Shown here one piece after another: positions 28,931 to 42,405 of a DNA stretch of 64,000 nt. Source of the DNA: the human T2T-CHM13v2.0 reference genome, Homo sapiens; NCBI RefSeq assembly GCF_009914755.1, contig NC_060944.1. The stretch is one strand, 5' to 3'. The position numbers and the translations under genes were made by a program. The notes under the pieces were generated by a model, which was given only the letters and a program-made list of their open reading frames with translations, did not search any database and had not been told where the DNA came from. Within the stretch, counting starts at the first letter, position 1. Each line of letters opens with the position of its first letter.

Positions 28931-29829
28931 GAAGAAGCTGAGCACCTGGAAATTAGATGCTCTATGTACATTGTGTGCCAGGCCCCATTTAAGTGCTTGA
29001 TGTGTATTATCCCACCAAATCCTCACAACCACCCCTCAAGCCAGGCAAGGTTTTCATTTAAATGATGTGGAAGCTGTGACTGAGAGAGGTTAAGGCATTT
29101 GCCTGAAGTCACACAGCCTAAGTGGCAGAGCTGAGGATCAGCCTGAAGCCTATGAGGCTCCACCTCATCACACTACATAGGACTGTGCTGTAGTGTGGAG
29201 TGGGGGCTGCTTGGAGGGGCAGAAAGCCAGGGAGGAAATGCTGAGCACACAGCACACAGGCCCTGGGGGGCTTTCTGGGTCTGAGGGACCTGGAATGAGT
29301 CTCTGCGATAGTGAGAGGCCTAGCTGATGGCAGGCTGCCTGGGGAGGTGCTGGCGAGCTGCCAGGGTGCAGGGCCAACAGGTCTGAGCCACTCCACTGTG
29401 ACCTAACCGGCCTGGCCGATACTCCAGGTGGGGGGCTGGGACAGGGCTCAGCCGGGGGTGAGGAATGTTGCCCTGAGCGTGGGTACACTCACTTCTCCAG
29501 GCTTCATTCTGAGTATACGCGCGGCTCTCCCGGAAGCGAAGAGGGCACTTCCTTACAGAGGCTTGAAAGTGTGGTCATCCAAGATTCAGGCCACTCTCTC
29601 TTCCTTCCTGCTTTCTTCTGAAAGGTTCCTTGCACCTAAGGAAGGTAACAATGAACTAGGTTTTCAGTCTGGACTAGAAGTTCATTTACCCAGGTACTAA
29701 CTTGTTTACTCACTCAAGCATTTATTCATTCATTCACTCATTTACTCTTCCCCCCATTCACCTAATGGCTCACTGATTCATTCATTCACTCATGCTCTCA
29801 CATATTCATGCCCACAGCCATTCACTCTT

Positions 29830-30020
29830 CCACCTACCCATCCACCTACCCATCCATCCATCCATCCATCCATCCATCCATCCACCCATCAAACCAACCA
29901 TCAACCTCTTATTCAATTGCCTTCCCATTCATCCCTTCTCTCATCCCCCATTTTCCCAACCAATCTTTCATTCTTTCTTCCATCTATCTATGCATCCATC
30001 TATCCATCCATCCACCCAAC
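29830..30020. repeat. (TCCA)n simple repeat region
   Basis: catccatccatcc arrays. Confidence 0.85.
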
Positions 30021-31319
30021 CTTTATTAAGCACCTACCATGTTTCCCACCCAAAACTCCCTATGGCTCCCAAAGTAGTTCTGCACCCACTTCGGCTGACA
30101 ATTCACCTACATATTGGACCCCAGCTCCTTGGCCTCACAGTGGCATGGTTCCCTTGTCTCCTCCTCAGGAGGAGGCTCAGGAGAAGTGGATGCGTGGTCT
30201 TCTGCACAGCCCTGGTCTGCAGGTTCCAGCCAGTGACAGCCACCTGAAACTTGGGGTTTTTCAGGACCCTTTGTGTTGCGAGGCCTTTCCCGTCTTTAAT
30301 GCCAGAACCATGCATGCTCCTGGGCTCTATGGCTCCCGTGGGGCCCTGTTTTCAGTTTCTTGGGGCCCATTTCTTGCCTCCCTAAGGCCAGAACAGAGCT
30401 TCAGACTGTGGGGACCCATAGACTTGGGGGCCCTCCTTGAGGAGGACTCTGGGGCCTCTCTTCTTGGAGTACAGGTGAATATGCTTCCTGGAAAGATTCA
30501 CTGACACCCGGAGGCTTAGAGGAGGGCAGGGCGGGCCCGGGCAATCTGGGGAAGTCTATGGCATTCGGTCCTGGCCAGAGGGTAAGAGAAGGGGCTCATG
30601 GTCCAAAATGGATGCAGGGAATAGGACACCGCCAGGGAAGCTGGCAGGAGCGCTTCTCATACGTTCCCCAAATGCCCTACTGCAACACCTTGGCTTGTGT
30701 CCTTGTTGGCACCTGGAAACCCCTTCCCACTCCCCACCCTGACACTCAGCCTCTGCTCTCCTCTCAGCTGAGTCCACACTCTCCTGCTCTTTGCTTTCAG
30801 ACACTCTGGTCGCCTTCCCCCAGGGCCCCTACAGAGCTCCATAAAGATTTGCTAAGTGAATGAATGAGTTCTCATTTTACAGAAGAGGGGGTTAAATTCC
30901 CTGGGTTTTCCCCCTTACCCAGCCTTTCCCCAGCTAGTTCCTCCTCCTTTACATCCCAGCCAAAAGACCAATCCCGGGAGGCTCTCCGGACGCCCCCTCA
31001 CTTTGCCGCTCCCATTTCCTGCTCCCTTCCTATCCTCCCGCCCCCGTGCCCAGGTCCTGCTCTCTTTACACCCTGACATCTTCCTGCTTGCTTTTTTCCT
31101 GTCTCCTGGCAAATGTCACCATCCCCATTTCACAGAGGAGGAAACCGAGGCTCAGAGAAGCCTCAGAGGGAATAGCCCAGCCAGATAAAAACCCCTGGGT
31201 CGTGAGCACGTTCTTCCACCCATAGTAGCCAGGTGCTTTATTCATGTGGTTTTACTCTGAAATCGGGATGGCTGTAGGTAATAATAGTGGCCATGCAAAT
31301 CATATTTCATGACAGTTTT

Positions 31320-31750
31320 TGAAAGGCGCCGTTTCCACCTCGCAGTTCCAGTGCAGGCGGGTGGGACTCAGGGGTGTGTGTGTGTGCGGCGAGTGCCTGC
31401 CTGTAGGTGGCCCCGGCCAAGCCAGCCCCGCCCCAGGAGGAGGCTGAACATTAGTCCTGCATGAGGGTGTCTGGGAACTGGGTGCGACACGGGGGCCCTA
31501 CCTCACTCCTCCCTCTCACATTGCCGATCGAGTCAGCCCCACGGCGGCAGCACCACGACCGACCGGGATCCTCGAGGTGCCAGCCCATGGCCGAGCCTGC
31601 CCTCCTCCCCGCCGCCCAGATGGAGAGGCTGGCCCCAGGGCCCCTAGCCTCACCGTGTCCTCGGATCCCGCGGGCCCGCATTGCCAGGCGCTGCGCCCAG
31701 CGCTGGGCCGACCTGGGCTGCAGGTACAGGGGTCACGGGAGCGGGAGGGA
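31320..31750 (+). promoter_or_regulatory. ARHGAP40: CpG-rich promoter/first-exon region of ARHGAP40
   Basis: Local CpG enrichment and GC/GT boxes (ggcgggtggg, ggggtgtg, gccccgcccc) upstream of the ATG at 31587. Confidence 0.7.
31587..31723 (+). CDS. ARHGAP40: ARHGAP40 coding exon 1, MAEPALLPAAQMERLAPGPLASPCPRIPRARIARRCAQRWADLGC(S)
   Basis: cccATGG start, donor cag|gtacag at 31724, phase 2 matches exon 2. Confidence 0.8.
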
Positions 31751-33046
31751 AGTTGGCCCTACTATGCACCAGGGGCATGTGCGGTCTGTCTTCACAACAT
31801 CCCTGTGAGGCAAGAATCTTCCTCCATCGTACAGATGAGGAAACAGAGGCTTGGAGAGCCCGGTCACCTGGCTGTCAAGTGGTGGAGATGGCTTTTAGCC
31901 CTAGTCCATGGGACTCCAAACCCAGAGCCTTCCTGGGACACAGCATTGCCCTGGGTTCAGGCTACTGGCCTCCTGCAGGGGTCACTGATTTTCAGATTCT
32001 TAGAGACCGTGAGTGACGCCAGTATGTGCCATTTCCTCTTCCTCTGGGTGTAGAGAGTCTTAGGGGGCCCAGGGGCTCAAGATTCAGGAGTCTCTGGGTC
32101 AAGTTTCTGGGTCAGTGTGGCCGTGTGGTCACCTCGGCTGAGAACTGGTCACCCCTTATTCCTGCTCAGCCTGCCACTGACAGCCAGACCAGAATTTTCA
32201 AATAGTCATTTCCCCCACTCTGATTACATCATATTACAATTTGATTATTATAGAAAGTCAAACAGTGCAGGAATACTGTACAGGAATACATATGTTCATT
32301 CTTGAAAACTTACTACTGTTAAAGTTTTGACATATACCTTGGGAGAACTTTTTGACATATGTAAACCTAAACTTGTATAGTTTTACACAAATAGGCTCTT
32401 GTGTTACATGTGCTTGTAAGGTTTTCCCCTGCAACCCCTCAATTAATGTTATGGACATATTTACATGTCAGTAACATAAAGATCCAATTCATTCACTTTA
32501 GTGGCCTGCCAGGATCCAACTTTATGGATATCTTTGGTTAATTTGAATCAGTTCCTGGCTAATGGACATTTAGGTTGGTTCCAATTTTTAACGATTCTAA
32601 GCAATACAGCAATGAACATCTCTGGGGACTTGCATGGGTAAAATTCACATCCTAGACTTGTAGTTGCAAGTTTAAAAGGAATGTTAGAATCTGAATAGAC
32701 CCTGCCCTCCAAAAGTGTTCTAGCTTGGAACACACCTGCAGCAGGAGACCCCCATTGCCCCATTCATTTGCCACCCAAGGACCTGAAGACTAGACGTGGT
32801 CTGTACTCAGAAAGCAGATTCAGGGAGCAGGTGATCCTGATCGTAGGACAACTGAGTCCTAGAATTCCCTTAAGGGAACAACTTCTAGGCTCAGGAAAGG
32901 GAGGGGGAGCTTAGTGAGACCATTTCATTCATACAGCATGTTCGCTGAGCTCCTATGTGCGTGGGGCTCTGCCCCATCCCAGGCAAAAATTACTCAGGAT
33001 AGGATTTTAATGAGAATCAATTTTAAGAAGCCAAAGACAAGTTTGT

Positions 33047-33053
33047 TTATCTG

Positions 33054-33100
<47 letters not shown>

Positions 33101-33190
33101 GTCTATCTATCTATTCTATATCTAATCTATCCATCTATCTATCTATTCTGTATCTAATCTATCTATCCATCTATCTATTCATCTATCTAT
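33047..33190. repeat. (TCTA)n compound tetranucleotide STR
   Basis: Runs of atct units with tctg interruptions. Confidence 0.95.
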
Positions 33191-33261
33191 GTTTCCTATT
33201 GCTGCTATAACAAATCACATAAGCTTATCTATCATCTCTCTCTCTGTCTCTCTCTCTCATT

Positions 33262-33752
33262 TATATTAGTTTTCTATTGCTGCTATAACAAATCACATAA
33301 ACTTAGTAGCTTAAAACGACACAAATGTGTTATCTGACAGTTCTGAATGCTGGAAATCCCCAAATCGAGGAGTCTGTAGGGGTGCATTCTGTCTGGGGGC
33401 TCTAGCAATCTGTTTCCTTGCCTTTTCCAGCTTCTGCAGCTGCCCACATTCCTTGGCTGATGGTCCTCTTCCGTCTTCAAAGGCAGCTCTGTAACATCTT
33501 CACACATCTCTCTGACTCTGACCTCCACAGTCATCCCCATGTCTCCTTCTCTGACTCTCCTGCCTCCCTCTTTCATTGATAAGGATCCTTGTGATGACAT
33601 TGGGCCCACTGGCTAATCCAGGATCGTCCCCCCAACTCAAGATCCTTAGCTTAATCACATATGCAGAGTCCCTTTGCCTGATAACATATATTCACAAATA
33701 CTGAGGATTAGGATGTGGACATCTTGGGGAGCTGTTATTCAGCTGATCACAC
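33262..33752. mobile_element. MaLR MLT1-type solo LTR
   Basis: ctattgctgctataacaaa...ggattaggatgtggacatcttgggg typical MLT1 text. Confidence 0.8.
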
Positions 33753-34046
33753 CATCTATCCAACCATGCGTCGTCCGTCCATCCATCTATCTACCTATCT
33801 ACCTACCTATTATGGCTGTTCCCCTGACTCCACCACCACCCTCCCTTAATCTCCTGGTTCCTTGTGATCTTTGAGGCAATTAATATTGAATTCACTATAA
33901 GAGCTCGTGACCCATTGAATGTGCTTAATAGCTACTGGTTGAATGAACAGATGAAAAATACTTAAGAGAGTTTAAAATTTGAACCATTCTGTTTATTACT
34001 GAAAACAAAACAACAAAAGCAACATTTTTACTTCCAGAACAGTGGT

Positions 34047-34342
<296 letters not shown>

Positions 34343-35537
34343 CCAGAACAGTGGTTTTTAAACCAGGGTTCTGCAAACATTTTATTTGAATTTAATTTTT
34401 ATTATATCTTTCAAGTATTAAACATCTAGTAAAAATACTACCTCCACTCAGGTATCCCAAATGTTTTTTGTCAACTAAAATTATCTTGATTGTATGATCA
34501 GTAAATGCTTTAAATTAAACTTATAAAATCAGCTTATAATAATATCACCGTTACCTCTTTTGTTTATTGAGAAGACATTCCACTGCCAAAGAAAAAAAAA
34601 AAAGCGAAAACTACTTCCCTGGAACAAGGTTGGTCTGTTTGCTCCAGGCTAATGTTCTTGTGTATTGGCTCACAAGGTCACTAGGTCAGCTCCCCCAATC
34701 CTTTGAGTCTGTTCATCTCACTGGTCCCTTGCTTGTGAGTCATTTAGTTATTCAACAAATTCCAGCAGGACGGCAACCTTCAGGATGTAAGCCCGGATCT
34801 GTTCTGTTTACCCACAGCTCTCCAGCACTGGCACAGGGCTGGCTTGTTGTAGGTGTTCATGAAATATTTCCCTGATGAATGAAATGCTCACTGCCTCTAC
34901 ATGAAGTCCTGTGATGGATATGAGGGTGTGGGCATGAATAAGATGCTCTCTCAGCCCTTAAGATGTCCACAGGCTGGTCCAGGAGGAAGACATAACACTG
35001 GTCACTACCACATAATACACTAAATGCTGACCTGAAAGGCCTGAGCAGGGATGAATAGAGTCAATGTTGTCATCAAACAGAACATCCCATAATGTGAGGG
35101 GGACACCGAATTCACTGTCTATGTGGACTTCATCTTAAAACCATGCAATATTGGCCTTGGGAGGTGCCTCAAAGACCCAGTTGGAGTGAGGTGACTCTGT
35201 TGGGATTCCCCTTATCCTTGCTCCCTGTAGAAATATATTTTCTGTTAATTCATGATTGGTATAAAAATGCAAAAAAAGTAGCAAGTGAAATCCACCTGCC
35301 CCTCCCACCTCCAACCCACAAGAACAGCAATTGTGAGAAGTTAAGTGTACATCCTATAGGATTTTGTGCTTCATAAATATTTACATACATGTATACGTAA
35401 AATGTATCTATGATCCAATCCATGCACATAATTGTACTTACATACGTGAATTGGTTTGTATTATGTATACTATTTTATAAATGACATTTCCATCTTTATA
35501 ATATCTTTTCCTGGAAAGACATAGAAATCAACATTAT

Positions 35538-35810
35538 TCTTTTTTTTTCTTTTGGAGACAGAGTCTTGCTCTATTGACCAGGCTGAGGCTGGAGTGCAGT
35601 GGTGGAATCACTGCAGCCTCAACCTCCCAGGCTCAAGTGATCCTGGGACCACAGGCATGCACCACCACGCCTAGCTATTTTTTTCATTTTTGTAGAGACA
35701 GGGTCTCCCTATGTTGCTCAGGCTTGTCTCAAACTCCTGGACTCAAGCAATCCTCCTGCCTCAGCCTCCCAAGTAGGTGGGACTACAGGCATGTGCCACC
35801 ACACCTGCCC
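35538..35810 (-). mobile_element. Alu (AluJ-like, internal deletion) within old L1 fragments (~35250-36250)
   Basis: Alu text; flanks resemble decayed minus-strand L1M. Confidence 0.8.
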
Positions 35811-38369
35811 TTACGTTATCCTCTTTAAAGACTGTGTGATGTTTCATTTTATGACTGGACAGTACTTTTGTTAACTAGCCTCCTGTTGATGGAATTTTAG
35901 GTTGCTTCTTTTTCTCTTTTGGTTGCTATTATAAACTATACTGCAATGTTCTTGGACATATATCTTTGTGTACTTATGATACATTTTCAGAATAGGAATC
36001 ATGGAGTCCAAAGGTGTATACATTTAAAATTCTGAAACATATTCTGGGTGGTTTTCCAGGAAGGTTGTACCCAATTAGACTCACCAAGTGGGTGTGAGCT
36101 TGTTTCCTAATATACATGACATTCTTGACCAGACATTATTGTTCGTTTTTAGTCTTGGCTAATTGGATTGGGAGAAACCTGTCTCTTGTTTTAATTTGCC
36201 CTTTTTATTATTATTAGTGAGGCTGAGCATCTTTTCACATGCTCAGTGTCTGGCAGAGTTCAAAGGCAGATCAGAGAGGCAGAAAGACCCATTTTGAGTC
36301 TAGTGCACCAGCCAGATTTCCTTAATCAATAATGGGTTAAATGACTTGGCTGATTGCACACAGATAGCTTGTAGAATCAATCACCTTTACAAGGTTCACC
36401 TTCACTCATATTTTGCTCATGTGTAGCTCAAGTCTCTGCCACTGGGGTCAATGTCAACTGATCTCTCCAGACACACCCCCTTGTATGTGAACGCAACCAC
36501 TGAATAAATCACCTACACATGGTTTAAATATGTCAGGCGTAGAAGGACAGCCTGAATCTGAAAGCCCAGCTTCACCACTTATCAGCTGTGGACCTCTGGG
36601 GAAGTTACTTAACCTTTCTGAGCCTTGGTTCCTTTTCTGTAAAATGGTTGTGAACAGCGGTACCTGCTTCATAGACTTGTTGTGAGGATAAAATGACATT
36701 AATGCATGTGAGGGCTTAGTACAGTGCCCACCATTTAGAAATGGGACAATTTGTGTCAGATATCAGTGGTCAAAGGGCAAGTTCTTGGAGCTGACTCCAA
36801 ATAGCACAGGCTTGTTTTCATGGGACAAGTACATTCGGGACTCCTGACTCCTTGGCATAGCAGAAAAATTTGCATTTGAGTCCTAAATCCTCCACTCATC
36901 ATTGGGAAAGTTCCTTCATTTCTCTGGGCCTGATCCTTCATTTGTGGAATCAGTGCCATTCAGATAGTGGCTGCCGTTCACACTCACACATCCTCCTGGT
37001 TCGAAACCCGGAACGGCCACCTCAGATCCGCAGCTCAGGGGACCAGGCTGCCGCTGGGGGCTTCTGACCAGCTTTGCAGGAAAAAGTCCTTGCAAACCAC
37101 TTTCCTCCAGGGCTCTCCAGCAGGAGGGGCCTCCTCAGATCCTGCTTACAAACCAGCGAAGGGCAGGTCCCTTCGGATGGAGCTTCCTATTTTCCCTCTT
37201 TTCTCACAATGAAGCAGAGGTGAAGGTGTTAATTACACCAAGCAGTTAGGCTGCCGCCCTTCACAACCCTGGGGTCCTCACCCTGCCTGCAATGTGGAGG
37301 CCGCTTCTCCACCTCCCCTCCTGTCAGGCGTCACCGACTCTTCCCAAATTGACCAGCAGATGCTCATCCAAGTGTGAGAAGGTCTTTTCTCGATACTTGC
37401 CAGTACTGAGTGTTGGCAATCTTTTCTGTGTTTGCCAATCTGATAGAGTTCATCCTTGTTTTATTTCGCATTGCCCTGATTACTTGCGAGGCTCCACATC
37501 TTTTCACATAGGGCATTTGCATTTTATCTCCTGTGACTTGTGGATTTCTATCTGCTGCCAACTTTCCCAGTAGATTTTTTGGGTATTTTTTTTCTTGTTG
37601 CTTTCCAGGAACTCTTTATATATATAGACTGAATAGTAACACTTTATCATTTGTTGCAGATATTTCCTCTCAGTTGAGGAAAAAGGTCCTATGACATTTT
37701 TTATAGTGTCTTTTGTCATACAAAAGTTTTAAGTCTTGATGTAATCAACTCAGCTTTCTTCTGTTATGGCTTCTGGATTTTAATTTGTTTGGAGAGTTGT
37801 TCTGCACTACCATTTATTTCTTACTGACTTTGTTCTCATTAAACCCTAATACAGACTTCTATCCACCCAGGGAAAACTCCTTTGCACTTCCCAGCATAAA
37901 GACCTGCTCCCCTTCCTGGGAGATTTGCATATCTCATTTCCTCCCAGACATTCACTGACTTGTTTCTTTAAAACTGAGTTTCAACACCACCTCCTCCAGG
38001 AAGCCTCTTCTCAGCCCACTCCCCCTTTTGTTCTCTAGTTACTACTCTGTCCCCTCGGGCTGTTTGCCCCATCTTAAGAGGACTGTTGGCTGCTGGCTGC
38101 TCGTTGGTCGGAAGGCAGCCTTGTGTTTTCATGTTTTTGGAGTACTTACTATGGGCCGAATGTTTTACAGGCCTTACTTTATTTCATCCTCACTGCCTTC
38201 TGTATACTATCACACAATCACCCTGATTTTATAGGCCGCACATCAAGAGGACAGACCTAGGCCCAGACAGTGTGACTTCAGGGCCTTGGTCCTTAGCCAC
38301 TATAGTGGCTAAGGTGACTTAGGGCCACAAATTTAGTGGCCCTAATTTGGGCCGTTGGGGCGGTGAAAA

Positions 38370-38830
38370 AGGGCCACAAATTTAGTGGCTGAAACAATAC
38401 AAAGGTATTATCTTAGAGTTCTGGAGGTCAGAAGTCCAAAATGGGTCTTACTGGTCTAAAAATCAAGGTGTCGGTAGGACTGTGATCCTTTCTGGAGGCT
38501 CTCGGGGACAATCAATTTTCTAGCTTCAAGAAGCCACCTGCCTTCCTTAAGTTGCGGTCCACCTGCATCTGCAAAGGCAAGAGTGGCCGGCTGAGTCCTT
38601 CTCATGCTACCATCTCTCTGGTTTTCACTCTTCTGCCTCCCTCTTCCCCATTTAAGGACCTTAGTGGTTTCATTGGGCCCACTCAGGCAACCCAGAATAA
38701 TCTCCCCAAAATCAGCTGATTAGCAACTGTAATTCCATCTGCAACCTTCATCCCACCTTTGCCATGTAACACACACATTTACAGATTCCAGGGAGTAGTG
38801 GGTAGTGGGGGGGTTATTCTGCCTACCCGC
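38370..38830. mobile_element. MaLR MLT1-type LTR with a rearranged left end
   Basis: ccacaaatttagtggctgaaacaa...gttctggaggtcagaagtccaaaatggg...attctgcctacc. Confidence 0.8.
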
Positions 38831-38924
38831 AGTCACCCTTCCATATTGCTTTTCCAAACTTCAGTCCCCTGCCTCCACCCTCAGGAGTCATCCTGCCTCC
38901 CTCCAACCTGGGGCTTAGATCAGT

Positions 38925-39092
38925 GCCTTGGAGTCACCTGGAAGGCTTGTGCAAACACAGATTGCTGCACCCCACCCCCAGAGTTTCTAATTCTGTAGTT
39001 CTGAGGCGAGGGCTGAAAATGTGCACTCCTAACAGGCTCCCAACTGATGCTGATACTGAAGGTCTGGGGCCCACACTTTGAGAACCACTGGG
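38925..39092. mobile_element. MER5A-like hAT DNA transposon (related relics at ~9690-9890 and ~55983-56200)
   Basis: cagattgctg..ccccacccccagagtttct..cacactttgagaaccactg. Confidence 0.75.
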
Positions 39093-40047
39093 TTAAGTTT
39101 ATTAATCCTTCAAATATTTATCAATATCTGCTCTGTTTTGGGAGCTGGGCTTATACAATAATAAAAAGAATGTCTCTGGTCTCAAAGAGATCCCAGACTA
39201 AAGGAGAAAACAAACAGGCAATGACCATGGAGGGCGGTAAGTGCCAGGACATCAATGAGCCCAACGCCTCTAGGAGGGCTGCAGAGAAGGCTTCCTGGAG
39301 GAGGTGATGCCTGAGCTGAGTCCCAAAGTAGGCACTGAGCAGGCCAAGGATGGGAAGGAGAAGGGTGTTCCTGGCAGTAGCTGCCAACTGGGCAAAACTC
39401 CAGGGCAAGAGGGAGCCTGGTGCCTCTGAGAGGTACACGTAGCTCACACTGGCTGGAGCAGAGAGTGGGGCAGAGGAGAGATGGGATTGCAGTTTGCTTT
39501 CAAGCCCTGAGCCCGGCTGCAACCCCAGGGCCAGGAGACCTGAAGGTAGGATGACAATCTGGCTCTTAAGCCCTTGAGTGCGTAATGGAAGAGTGAGCAA
39601 TGAGGACCTCCCTGTGAAGATGTGCAGCAAAGACAGGGATAATGAGGCCATGCCTCACCCCTAGGCCAGCCTAAGAGGAGGTGTAACCATGGCAACCAGC
39701 CTGATGCTCTTCCTGCTGGTCTTTTTTGAAGGCTTTAAAGACCAGATGTTCTTAATCTGGGGCTCAAGGATGGACCTTCAAAGATCCGAGAACCACTAAA
39801 ATTATTTGGTAAATGTTATGCATCTCTGTGTGTGTGTGTGGTTCTCCGGAGAGAGGATCCACAACTTACATAAGATTTTAAAAAGCTCCCCCCACTGTGC
39901 CACTCCCCTACCCCAAACCAGCTAGGAAGATGTTATAGACCAGGAGTTGTAAACTCTGGTGCCTACAAGGGTTAAGTGGGACCCTCAGGGAGTCACGTGG
40001 CAGAGTGTAACATCTCAGGGCATGGTGAGGATTGTGGAACCAAGGTG

Positions 40048-41043
<996 letters not shown>

Positions 41044-41067
41044 GAGGGCACTAAGCCTATTTAAAAC

Positions 41068-41678
<611 letters not shown>

Positions 41679-42045
41679 TAAAACTTCTAATATGATCAAA
41701 TTAACAACATTAATACTTAATGTTATTTTAATAAAAACAACATTTTATTTAACCCAATATGTCCAGAATATTTTCACGTGTAATCAATATGAAACATTAA
41801 TGAGATATTTTACATTTTCAAATATGAAGTCTTCAAAATCCAGTGTGTATTTTTCATTTCCAGCAATCTCTGATAGGATGCTAAATTTTCATCAGAAATC
41901 CTTAATATATATTTAGATTTCATAAAATATACAGCCAGAAAAGTAGATTTGTGTACCCAAGTTGTTCTAAACATATTTAGGCCTTTTCCAGTAACTGAAA
42001 CAAGTATGTAGTTTTAAATTTAAATTGGTTAAAATTAAATAAAGT

Positions 42046-42405
42046 TGGCTGGGCACGGTGGCTCACACCTGTAATCCCAGCACTTTGGGAGGCTGAGGAG
42101 GGCAGATCACTTGAGGTTGGGAGCTTGAGACCAGCCTGGCCAACGTGGAGAAACCCTGTCTGTACTAAAAATACAAAAATTAGCTGGGCATGGTGGAAGG
42201 TGCCTGTAATTCCAGCCGGGAGGCTGAGGCAGAAGAATCGCTTAAACCCAAGAGGCAGAGGTTTCTGTGAGCTGAGATTGCACCACTGCACTCCAACCTG
42301 GGCGAAAGAGTGGGATTCTGTCTGAAAATGAAAGAAAAGAAAAGAAAAGAGATAAGAAAAGAAAAGGAAAGGAAAGAAAAGAAAAGAAAGAAGGAAGGAA
42401 GGAAG
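42046..42405 (+). mobile_element. Alu with a GAAA/GGAA-expanded tail, inserted in a MER33/MER3-like DNA transposon (~41740-42490)
   Basis: Forward Alu; flanks contain gtcttcaaaatccagtgtgtatttt and gtggctagtggctac. Confidence 0.8.
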
